The notes below the pieces were generated by a model. The model saw only the letters and a program-made list of their open reading frames with translations, was not told the origin of the DNA and searched no databases. From positions 186,001 to 250,000 of the forward strand of contig JBEWZL010000121.1 of NCBI GenBank assembly GCA_045837725.1: 64,000 nt of DNA, given 5' to 3'. The translations under genes were made by a program, and so were the position numbers. The stretch is from Vermamoeba vermiformis. Lineage: Eukaryota. Shown in pieces: positions 15,414-26,366 of this stretch (within the stretch, counting starts at the first letter, position 1; each line of letters begins with the position of its first letter).

Positions 15414-15560
15414 GTGCACTGAAGGCTATTCTTGGAGCACGGAATGTAGGCTACTGAGCACACTAACGAGTCTTTGCTAACATTTCAAATACTGTGTACA
15501 TTATCTGGTCTCTTGGTCACAGGCCCACCAGGTGCACCAGAGCCATTCGATACGAAGCTC
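15414..15560 (+). repeat. Orphan diverged duplicate of receptor-kinase copy 1 segment 13715-13860 (exon end, intron, exon start)
   Basis: Direct match of gtgcactgaaggctattcttggagcacggaa...gtaggctactgagcacactaac...tgctaacatttcaaa...caccagagccattcgatacgaagctc at both places. Confidence 0.9.
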
Positions 15561-15677
15561 AGGTCTATGCAAGTGGCGAATATGAAAAATAATACGACGT
15601 TCATACTTGTTATAATAATGACTATTTTGATATTGTTTTAATGCCTGATCGACTTTGGTTAAAACACGATTTAAAGA

Positions 15678-16797
15678 TTAAGCATGGTCATTGCACTGTC
15701 GCTTTTCATAGGTCGTGCGGAATGTACTATTGTTAGTACGGGTATAGTCGTCACCACGAATAGTAAGAGCATAAAGCGTTTTAGCCGACGTTTCCGTACC
15801 TGCAACAAAAACAGATCAGATCGAGATTCAAAAACGCTTTTCGGAACTCCAAAACTGTTAACGACTGAGTAAATATAATAAACACTCATACGTATAGCCT
15901 TGTATTACTTGCCTTCCATATAATTGAAATTGAAAGTTAACTGATAATAAAACGCATCTGCTCCATCGCCTTCTTTGACGACTGCAGAGATACCAGCAGC
16001 AAAGCAATTTTTATGTTGAAATTGACCTTGATGTGGCGCAGTAGTCACTCGATAATTGCCTATTTTCTGTTTAAGAAGAGTTTTCAGTTCGACCCACGAT
16101 ATCTTCCAAGTCAAGCCTTGCGCAACCCATTCTCTGTAAGATAATGCATTAATATATATATACAAGTGATATGCATATTATATTCAAGATCAATTCGTGT
16201 TGAGGATCGTTTTGGAATTCTTGGATGTGCCTTACGTCTGGTAATATGTCTGTGTAGGTCAAATACATCATATTGAATTTTCCATTAGTGATCCAAAAGT
16301 TATGCGAGTTATGTTCAACGTATTCAGTCGTGCCGGACTTGCTGTCCTTGGCACCGGGAGCTTCTAGTAATTCTTGTTTCGTTGTCTTGGTGATCGTAAA
16401 GCCAAATAGAGGAAATAATTTGAATAAACCTACAATAGCGCATTAATAATAATAATAATCAATCGGCAATCATAAAAAATAAACGTTGATTAATTTAAAA
16501 ATAAATAATTTGCCTTATTATATTATGCAGTACGCTAAAAATTCATAATAATATGTTGTATAGAAATATTAATCAAATAACGTGCTTACCAAAGAAATAA
16601 TAACGTTTCCAAGTTTGATCTGACGGTTTGGAATTCAAGCATAAATATTTTTGCTCACATTTCGCTTTCCAAATAGTGCCGTTGGCTTGGCTTAATTTTT
16701 TGAATAATTTTGATACTTGTGGGATTGATATAGCGAGTACTTTTGGATCACAAGCAGCTAGGATCAGCTCAATAATTTCCACAGGCAACGTCTCCAT
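15678..16797 (-). CDS. F-box protein with unrecognised C-terminal domain, multi-exon
   Basis: METLPVEIIELILAACDPKVLAISIPQVSKLFKKLS...IWK F-box. Later exons LFPLFGFTITKTT and NYMEG-TETSAKTLYALTIRG, the latter joined via a GC-AG intron at 15800-15912. Confidence 0.75.
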
Positions 16798-17294
16798 CTG
16801 ATTTGTATTCGATAGCAACTGTAATGATTAAACTACAAATTCTAGGTTTTGGTAGCTTGTTACAATTACTTAGAACGCGTTGTGGTGGCGTGTCTACAGT
16901 TCCGGAAAATGAAACAAAAAAAAATTCTTCAGTAGTGACTTTACACAACGCTATTGGGTGTTGGTTGTGTGTTTTTTGTGTGGGTTTTTTTTTTTCCTGG
17001 GTTGGTGTTTTTTTGGTTTTTTTTTTTAAAAAAAAAATAAAATTTTTTTAAACGGATAGCAACTTGACATCCAGCAAGTTAATGCCATCCAGGGCTACTT
17101 GGCGCAATTTCAGCTTAATAATAAGTCGAGGCTGCGCTGAGGATCTTTATGTTTAAAGATACATATAAATTATCCACCTTTCCGATTTTATTCTGGTTGG
17201 GGTTTTGGGGTGCTTTTCAAGTGTCGTCGTGTCATTTACTAAAAAGCCCGCAATTACCATCACATTTATACCAATTGTAGCGGAGGGATTCAAC

Positions 17295-20200
17295 ATGAAG
17301 ATTATATTTATTTTATTTGTGCTGGTGTGGAATGTTCAATGCCAGAGTAAGCATCGGTTACGATTCGGGATCTGATTACCTTACTAATTTTTTGATTTGA
17401 AATTCATATTTTTACCTATTATTAATTAATATTATTTTAGCATTTCTATTCACTAAATTCTCGGACTCCATGCAAGATCAGTTTCTTGGACGAAGAAATG
17501 GCGTAACGTTATCAAATCCCAATATAGCCAACACAATTTATGTTGGCTATGGAACACCAGGAAATGCAACACAGACTACTTTGGCAGTGCAAATGTTCAG
17601 CCCATTCACTCCAAATTCGTTTCCTCCGCAGCCTTTGGAAACGTTAACAACTTCTCCATCAAAATATGGCCCACCTGAAGGTATTAATTATGCTTTATTT
17701 TAATATTGGTTTAGTTTATTAAATAGTTCAGGCGATTTCGCAATATTGGCCACACTGGTTGGAAACGATGTGTTTCTAGCCTCTAAGCTGACTTCTGCAA
17801 TGGCCCTAACACGTTGGGCGCCTAATAGTAATACATCAAATACTGAAATGGTGTATTCTTTCGCCGATACTTCGACGTCGTGGAACACTCCAGAAGTGCA
17901 GAAAAATTCCAGTTTTACGTCAGATTCACAAGTTCAACTGATGGCAATTGCAGTCGTTGATAAGGCGCAAGTTGAGCCATTAGTAGCGATTGCGGTTAAT
18001 TTTGATAACGTGTTCCGAGTTTTTATTTACAACAGTAAGTGACACTTTGACAGATGTCAAAATTTCAACGAACTAACTAAATTATAGTTACTAGTACTAG
18101 CACGATATTAGTCGGGGTTGTGCCTTCGTCACCTCCGCCAGATAAGACAGTCGGAGCTATAGCTCTAATGCCCTTCAATGGTGGCTCTGAGTTTTTGCTA
18201 TCATTTGCCGTTCAACAATCCCCAAGCGTGTGGGAAGTAAGACTGCAAATTATAGACAAATATTTCAATTTGCGAGATTATTTAACGGTCAACGGAACGA
18301 GCATTCGTGCAGTTTACGACATGAAGTTGCATCCGTCATCAGGCACGTAACCTCATACTGTTTACCGCCGTAATTTCTAACGCTCTTATCAGTTAGTGGA
18401 TACTTCTTTGTCACCGCTCAATTAGCGAACTCAACGCATTCAATGATCAAACGGATTTTAGTGCAAGAAATTGATGCCAACAGTGGAGCCGTTGTGGAGA
18501 TGATCGATGTAGTGGCGATATACAACTCAAACTCGTTTGTTAGCGCGATGGATAAACTGTCGAGCGGCGAGATGGTCACGGTGTGGATCAATAACAACGA
18601 TGATACTTACATCTACGGACACGCTAAGAACTACAGACCGGATAAACCTGCTGCATTCACATTCAAAATACCCGCAGCAACAGCGACGAGCGCGATAGGT
18701 AGTTTGATTGTCACACCAATGTCTGACGCTACTTTTGCAATCACGCAAGTTGTTCGAGGCAGTAACCCGTCGTCATTTGTCAACTACTATGTGCTGTCAA
18801 ACTGCGGAGACGCGACGATAACTCCAAACGAGAACTGTGTCAGTGGCAATGACGGCTGCATCAACTGCATGTGCTCGGAAGCAACAGGCTGGCATTCAAC
18901 TGGTGATGGCGTGACATGCATGACTAGTAAGTAGAGGCGCTCCTATGTGTAGATTGGGTTGAACTTCATTTTCTGACTTTATTCTGACAGCATGTTCCGA
19001 TGGAATTATTGCGGGCAACGAGACGTGTTACAACCAACAAGACCCTAACTGCGTTAATTGTCAGTGCATTAACGGCACCGAATGGAACACCCAGCAAACT
19101 CTATGCCTGGTACCGTCACCAATCGTCTAATGGAGTTGCAGCACCACTGAATGGTGAGCCAAGCACTGGCCCTACCACCGGTCCTGTGCCCTTCGATAAC
19201 AAACTGATAGCTGCTATTGTTTGTGCACCTGTAGCAGCAGCCGCGGCCATCTTTTTGGGCGTGTTCTTTGGCCGTCGAAATGCCAAGAAGAAAGACCAAG
19301 GCCGCGATGATGACACCAAAGACGACTTGCCATTGAAGCCTTTAGATAGCGGAAAGGTAAGGCTGCTTACTGACTTTAAGTGATTCTCAAGACTTAGTAC
19401 TAACTGATTTCGCTCAGTACTCTGCAGTCGAGGCAATACCACCAGTTCGAACTAATGAAGAGAAGTACGGTGCTATCAATACCGCTGCGCCTGCACCACA
19501 GAAGAGCGTTGATAAGATGAACGTGCCTTACGCGGACTTGAAGTTCATGAAAGAGATCGGCTCTGGTGCGTACGGCAAGGTGTTCATTGGAGGTGAGTCA
19601 CAACTGCTTCATTTACAACCATAGCACGGCACTAATCGAAACGAACAATCAGAATGGCAGCGCACAAAAGTAGCACTGAAGATCAACACTCTTGCATCAG
19701 GTGACGAGTTTGCACGTGAAGCCAAACTCATGGTGTAAGTCGACACGTTCTTCTCGCAATCTATTCATTCTGACACGTATACAGCGAGCTACGACCTCAT
19801 CCAAATGTAGTTCAAATGCTCGGAGTGTCATCAGACGGACCATATCCAGTGATGATTCTCGAGTTCTGTGACGGTGGAAGTCTCGACACAAAGCTGTTCC
19901 ACGAATCGCAAGCCTCGACCATCAACGAGCAATTAGACATGATCTCAGGCGTTGCAAAAGGCCTTTATCACTTGCACAGAAATCAAATCGTGCATCGTGA
20001 CTTGGCAGCACGAAACATCTTGCTCAACTTCAATCAACCAAAGATTTCTGACTTTGGTTTGTCTCGTCTTGTGAATGACACACAGAAAGGCACAACACGA
20101 TCAAATGTTGGACCCATTCGATGGATGTCTCCTGAATCGTTGAAAAATCAAATTTACAGCCCGAAGTAAGTTCTGGTAATTCAGTTGTGGACGCATCTAA

Positions 20201-20465
20201 CGAAACGCGCAGATCTGATGTGTGGTCCTTCGGCATTGTTGTCTACGAGATTGTGGCCCGTAGAGAGCCTCATGCAGAAGCAGATCAAATGGCTATTGGT
20301 CTTCAGATCAGAGACAACGGAATTACGCCGGAAATACCCGAAAGCTGCGATCCAGGCCTTGCGGACTTGATGCGGAAATGCTGGCAGTTGGATCCTGAAC
20401 AACGACCGACTATGGAAGAAATATGCGACATTCTTGAAAACTATGTGAAAGAAAAGAGTGCTTAA
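17295..20465 (+). CDS. Receptor tyrosine-kinase-like protein, copy 2
   Basis: MKIIFILFVLVWNVQCQ signal peptide; CGDATITPNENC and CSDGIIAGNETC repeats; TM IAAIVCAPVAAAAAIFLGVFF; full kinase motifs HRDLAARN/DFG/PIRWMSPE. Apparent +1 frameshift near 19121. Confidence 0.88.
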
Positions 20466-20533
20466 GCAAAATAACGGTCGAGGCAATTATAATAATAAAA
20501 GTTATTTATTGTTGCGATGTGCACCACTTAACA

Positions 20534-23500
20534 ATGCAACCTGCTGTAATAGTGTTAAGTTTGTGCATCCTGTTTGGGATCGCCAATGCCCAGAGTAAGT
20601 AACGGCTAAACTCCTCGATCGGAGATGGGACGGAAAACTATTTTAATTTTTATTTGCAAGCTTTTTAATTATTAATCGAAATTTAAGCGTTTGCAAATTA
20701 ATGCAATATTAACGACCTATTATTTTAGCATTTTTATATTCTCAGTTTCCCGATCAAATGGATGACGCTTTTCTGAACAGAAAAAATGCGTTTACTCTCA
20801 ACAGTTACTATAATCCTAACACTATTGTAATCGGATATGGCGACAGCAACGATAATCTTGTCTTGCAACACTACACGAACGATCCAAACAACTTCCCTCC
20901 ACAAGCGGTGGACTCACCTACCCCGTTTATTGAAGGACTCAAACACCCGACAGGTAATATATTATCATTTTGGTCGTTATAATAAGATTGCGATATTGAT
21001 TCAGTTTTCGGATCGTAGGAGCAGGCAGCGTAACGGGAGTTATTATGTTGGATAATTATGCATTTATTGTTTCCTCTGCACAAGGCGGAATGACAGCTTT
21101 GTTTAGTAACTACAATAAGACCACCGTCAAGATGGAGCCCGTTCGGATTAAAAGTTTACAATTGGACGGAGGCGCCGTTTCAGAGCGGTACTCCATTGAA
21201 CATCACGAGCAAAGCTTTTTTTATCTCCTCTGTAGTGCTCAACGACTTCACTGCTGATGTGAACGTCGCAATCTTGGCCCGATTTTCTGATATCTACAAG
21301 GTCATTATCTTCGCATGTAAGTTAGAGGAATTTTGTAACGATAACGTGGTACTAAATGTAATAATTCGTAGTCAATACAACTGGCTTTGATATAGTCAAG
21401 GTGGTAGAGCTGCCTTCAAATGCTCAAGGCATGCCAGACATCATTCCCTTTCCTGCGACCAACAACGCACAGTTGCAAACATTCTTCGTGGCGTATTCGT
21501 ACCAAGTGGGCGTTTCGAATTGGGGCATTATGACTTATCGCACCGACGACCAGTATCAACTCGTGGACTCTTACAGCATCGACATAACGTTGAACGCTCG
21601 TACTGCTTTCCGGATCAAACTGAACGAGATATGTACGTCACGTTATTATAACTCAATCTTGTTTACTGACCCATTGTTAGCATCCACGGGACAATACTGG
21701 ATGGTCACAGCGATGTACGTGACGGATCAGGGCGTCTTATTATCACAAATCATCAAAGAAGAGGCAACGAAAATAACACGTTATGGCACGAGGATAGCAA
21801 CTCTTCCAGGCACGACTTTTACTCCATTCACGACACATGCATTGCTCAGCGGTGTTTCCGTTACATTGTGGACGAGCAGCGGCGACAATACTACTATTTA
21901 TGGTACTGCGATCAGATACGGCAGCTGACTCTCCTGTGTTCAATTTTACTATCCCTGCTGCGACCCCAGCGGCCTTGATCAATGACTTGATCTTCTCGCC
22001 CTTGGAGAACTACACCTTTGCACTCACTCAAGTCGTGCGAGACCCAAAATCCCCGTCAGGATTCATTAACTACTATGCACTGTCCAACTGCAACGATTCG
22101 ATCATCACTCCGAACGAGAACTGCGAGGCTGGAGCGATAGGCTGCGTGCAGTGCATGTGCGATGAGGGCAATGGATGGCACCCATATGATGGCATCACGT
22201 GCGTTACTGGTAAGGAGCACAAGGTACCGAAACATGAAAGTTAAACAAACCTTCTGAACACATTAGACTGCACGGATGGTATTACTGCTGGCAATGAAAC
22301 GTGTTACGATGGAAACGATCAGAACTGCAAGAACTGCCAGTGCGCCGAGGGCTTTGCCATCAATTCGACCAGTAAGTCAAAAGTACTGTGCCAATGTGAT
22401 TGCTAACTTTCAGCAGCCTCGTTATGCGCAGCGATAGCGGGCCCGGAAGCATCCCGGATTTTATATGCCGTACGTTGCCGCTATTGTGCTTTGTCCTATT
22501 GGTGCGGGTGCTATTATCTTCCTCGCTGTCTTCTTCGGCAAGAAACAAAAGAAGAACAAGCAGAAGGGCGATAAAGATGAGAATACGTCCAAGGACAACA
22601 TCCCTCTTACGACACCTACGGTAAGATTGATAACGTCAAATCAGCCACGTACTCATTGTTCGATAGGGCGCGTATACTACTGTGCCTACTGTGGATGGAG
22701 AAGTTCGCACTAATGACCATAAATACGGTGCTATCAGCAGTGCGTTGTTGACTCCCAGCGCTAACAATACTGTCGATAAGATGAACGTGCCTTACACAGA
22801 CTTGAAGTTCATCAAAGAGATCGGCTCTGGTGCGTACGGCAAGGTGTTCATTGGAGGTGAGTCACAACTGCTTCATGTAAATCAAAGCGCATCGCTAACA
22901 CGAGTCACACAAACAGAATGGCAGCGCACAAAAGTAGCACTGAAGATCAACACTCTTGCATCAGGTGATGAGTTTGCACGTGAAGCCAAACTCATGGTGT
23001 AAGTCACACGTCGATGTTGAATCGAACCATTGCTGATGTCCTTTCATAGTGACTTGCGACCTCATCCAAATGTAGTTCAAATGCTCGGAGTGTCATCAGA
23101 CGGACCATATCCAGTGATGATTCTCGAGTTCTGTGACGGTGGAAGTCTCGACAAAAAATTGTTCGATCCCAATCAACCGTTCACTGCAGCAGAGCAACTC
23201 AAGGCAGTGTCAGGCATCGCGAAGGGTCTTTATCACTTACACAGGAACCAGATCGTGCATCGAGACTTGGCAGCACGAAACATCTTGCTCAACTTCAATC
23301 AACCAAAGATTTCTGACTTTGGTTTGTCTCGTCTTGTGAATGACACACAGAAAGGCACAACACGATCAAATGTTGGACCCATTCGATGGATGTCTCCTGA
23401 ATCGTTGAAGAATCAAACATACAGCACAAAGTAAGAGTACTTTACAGGCGCTGTTTTATCACCCAAACTCACGCGATTGTGCAGGACTGACGTGTGGTCG

Positions 23501-23737
23501 TTTGGCATCGTTGTTTACGAGATTGCTGCACGCAAAGAGCCTCACGCAGAAGCAGATCAAATGGCTATCGGTCTTCAAATTAGAGACAGTGGAATCACTC
23601 CCAAGATACCTGAGGACTGCGATCCGTGTCTCGCTGAATTAATGCAAAAATGTTGGCAGTTGGATCCTGAACAACGACCAACTATGGAAGAAATATGCGA
23701 TATACTCGATAGATATATGGAAGAAAATAAAATGTAA
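20534..23737 (+). CDS. Receptor tyrosine-kinase-like protein, copy 3
   Basis: MQPAVIVLSLCILFGIANAQ signal peptide; CNDSIITPNENC and CTDGITAGNETC repeats; TM VAAIVLCPIGAGAIIFLAVFF; kinase motifs. Apparent +1 frameshifts near 21138, 21921 and 22453. Confidence 0.85.
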
Positions 23738-24145
23738 ATCACTCTTGTAAATATTTGCACTTTCTCGATACACTAAATATTAAAAGCCGAACCTACAAAT
23801 CCTCCAAACTTCAAAGCGTATAACGATGTAGACATACATTTGCGTTTCAATAATTATTATTATTTGCGAGCAAAGGAGAAGACTCTTCTTTCGTCGTTGA
23901 GTTTTTCTTCGGTTTGGATTTGCGATAAATGCGTCGGGCAAGGAAGTATCTTTGACTATTCCGGAGTTGATGGACTATCTGCTGTTTCTCATCAACGATT
24001 GCTAATTTATCTACACCAAGCTTTATCCCTAAAGGGAGTGGCAGCAATTATTTTCTCGATCGGCGTTTGCACAAGGAAAACTCTGTGGCGTACTCCGTAC
24101 TCGAGTGTGCAAGCCTTGAGACCAGATTAACCAAGAATAAGTAAA

Positions 24146-24562
24146 TTAATTACATACATATTCTGCAATGAAGTCCCAGAATTTAGGCGCAAGCTTTGAA
24201 AGGAGGTTTGAAACAGATGTCCGTCTAACGCCAAAAAATTTCGCCGCTTCTTCTTGGGTGACCTGGACTGCAGTGTTGAAATGGCCAAATAGGTATATAC
24301 ACGACGCGGCGATAGTTCTCGGCCTCTTCTTTTGAGTTTGTAGCTCCAAAAATTTCTCAAATAATTCAATCCCTGGATCTTCAGCTCCAAGAGGCAGCAT
24401 GTCTCGATGCTCATCGGCCCATGCCTTTATTTTCTCCAATATTATGGTAATTTGTCGCGGAGAAAGGAGTTTAGCCTTTCGAGCTTCTTTGATTTTTGGC
24501 TGCTTTGCATCTTTCTCTACCGCAGTAGAGGGACTAAGGCGAGTAGATTTGACGGTTGTCAT
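24146..24562 (-). CDS. Small protein with a single TFIIB/TFB-like cyclin-fold repeat (possible second exon toward about 23850-24115)
   Basis: KRPRTIAASCIYLFG...VTQEEAAKFFGVRRTSVSNLLSKL resembles the TFIIB core repeat with its HTH. No Zn ribbon or second repeat is visible. A possible gtatgt donor lies near the ORF end. Confidence 0.6.
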   Translation of the reverse strand: MTTVKSTRLSPSTAVEKDAKQPKIKEARKAKLLSPRQITIILEKIKAWADEHRDMLPLGAEDPGIELFEKFLELQTQKKRPRTIAASCIYLFGHFNTAVQVTQEEAAKFFGVRRTSVSNLLSKLAPKFWDFIAEYVCN

Positions 24563-24810
24563 AGCTTGTAGTAACTAAGTTATGCTGGGGCGTGTGGTGC
24601 TGTTTAGTGTCTGTAACGTTGAACTGTTGCTGTACATTTTTTAGTTGAGATTTCGGTTTTTGGCCGCAAGTTCAATTCAGAGAAACTTAACTTACTTAGT
24701 TACCCGTGTTGTCTACGAACACCATTTCACATTGCTTGCCAAAGAAGCGTTTCATCCATCGAGCTTTGATGGCAATTTATTAAAGTTGACAATAATAAGT
24801 TACAGATCGG

Positions 24811-26116
24811 ATGGAACTTGTACAACTGCCTCAAGAAGTATTGCTAGAATTTTTCCAATATTTAAGTTTACCAGAATTATGCGTGCTTGGTCAGACTAAT
24901 AGGGCGCTATTCAATTTAACGTAAGTGAAAATTAACTCGGGTGACCTTTGTTGATAAGCTAATAATTTTATTTTATTTTTAATATTTATATTATTACTTG
25001 CACGATAAATCTATGCTTACAATATTAATATTCACAGCAACGACGATCAGTTTTGGAAATCTAGAGTTTTGCGCAATTTACGCCACATTACATCGAAGGA
25101 ACAAGCAAATAAATACATCGAAGAGCTTGATAGAGAAATAAGAGAAAAATCAGACAAAACAATGAGGAAGTTTCAATCAAGTGATTGGAAGAAGATCGTC
25201 GACATCTATTCGGTCCTATCAAAGGAGCGACGGTGGATTCCTAAAGACCACTTCAGCGAAGCAAATGTAATGCCTCATTGGGAAAATTATAGATCCACTG
25301 GCGAGGAATTTCGGGTTGTAAGTAATTTAACAATAATGACGAGATTGAGGTTTCAAACTCAAACCTATTATTACCTATAGAGCTTACTAGGAAAAGATCG
25401 CGTTGGAAAATCAGCATTGACCGTCAGATTTGTATCGCGACAGTTTCTTGCAGAATACGATCCGACTATTGAAGACTCCTACCGAAAGACAGTTCGCATG
25501 CCTGGTGCTAAAAAAGATCATTTATTGGAATTATTAGACACTGCTGGGCAAGAAGAATATGCAGCCCTTCAAAATACTAGCATGAAGTAGGTATTGAGAG
25601 ATCCAGATCGAGCTGTTACACGTGACTGACGTTACTTTTCAGAGCACCGGCCTTTGTACTAGTGTTTGATATTACATCCACGGAGTCATTTGAACACATT
25701 AAAGAGTTATTGGCCAAAATCAAATCTGTAAAACAAGTCGAAGATATTTCAACCATCGCTATTGTCCTGATTGGGTATGTCCCAGATGCGCATGTATATT
25801 GTTCATACGTTATAGTATACTAATACTTGGGACCTAGTAACAAGTTCGATTGTGATGCTGAGCGACAAGTTTCACCGATCGAAGCTTTATTGCTCGCAAA
25901 GGAGATCAATGCACCGTACTTCGAGACAAGGTACCGGTTAATATATACGATTGTTTTTGAATGTGATATTAACACTATTGTAACAGTGCCAAGAGCGAGT
26001 TAAATGTAGATAATGCGTTCTTCCAAATAATGTACGAAATGATATTGAAGGATCTGAAGTACCGCGGAGACAAACCCGTGAAGAAATCAAAGGACAAGAA
26101 TTGTATCATAGGTTAA
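24811..26116 (+). CDS. F-box / Ras-family GTPase fusion with C-terminal polybasic + CAAX motif, 6 exons
   Basis: MELVQLPQEVLLEFFQYLSLPELCVLGQTNRALFNLTNDDQFW F-box, spliced in frame to FRVSLLGKDRVGKSALTVRF, YDPTIEDSYRK, LDTAGQEEY, IGNKFD, FETSAK, KKSKDKNCIIG*. Confidence 0.9.
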
Positions 26117-26366
26117 ATAATAATGCATATTACAGCAATAAGATTTCGAAATGTAAATTAAATTACTATAATTGCTACACATTACGAACCTAGGATTTTG
26201 TGCCGGATCAACGCTACATCCATCAAAAGATCTGCACTGCATTGGTAATCGTTGCGACGCATAATGATAGAATTTTAATACCTCTGAAAGTGCAAAAGAT
26301 TGTTACCTGTTAGTTTCGTTTCTGCGCTGAACTCAGTTATTTTAAGAGAAGCAAACAAGGCACCAA

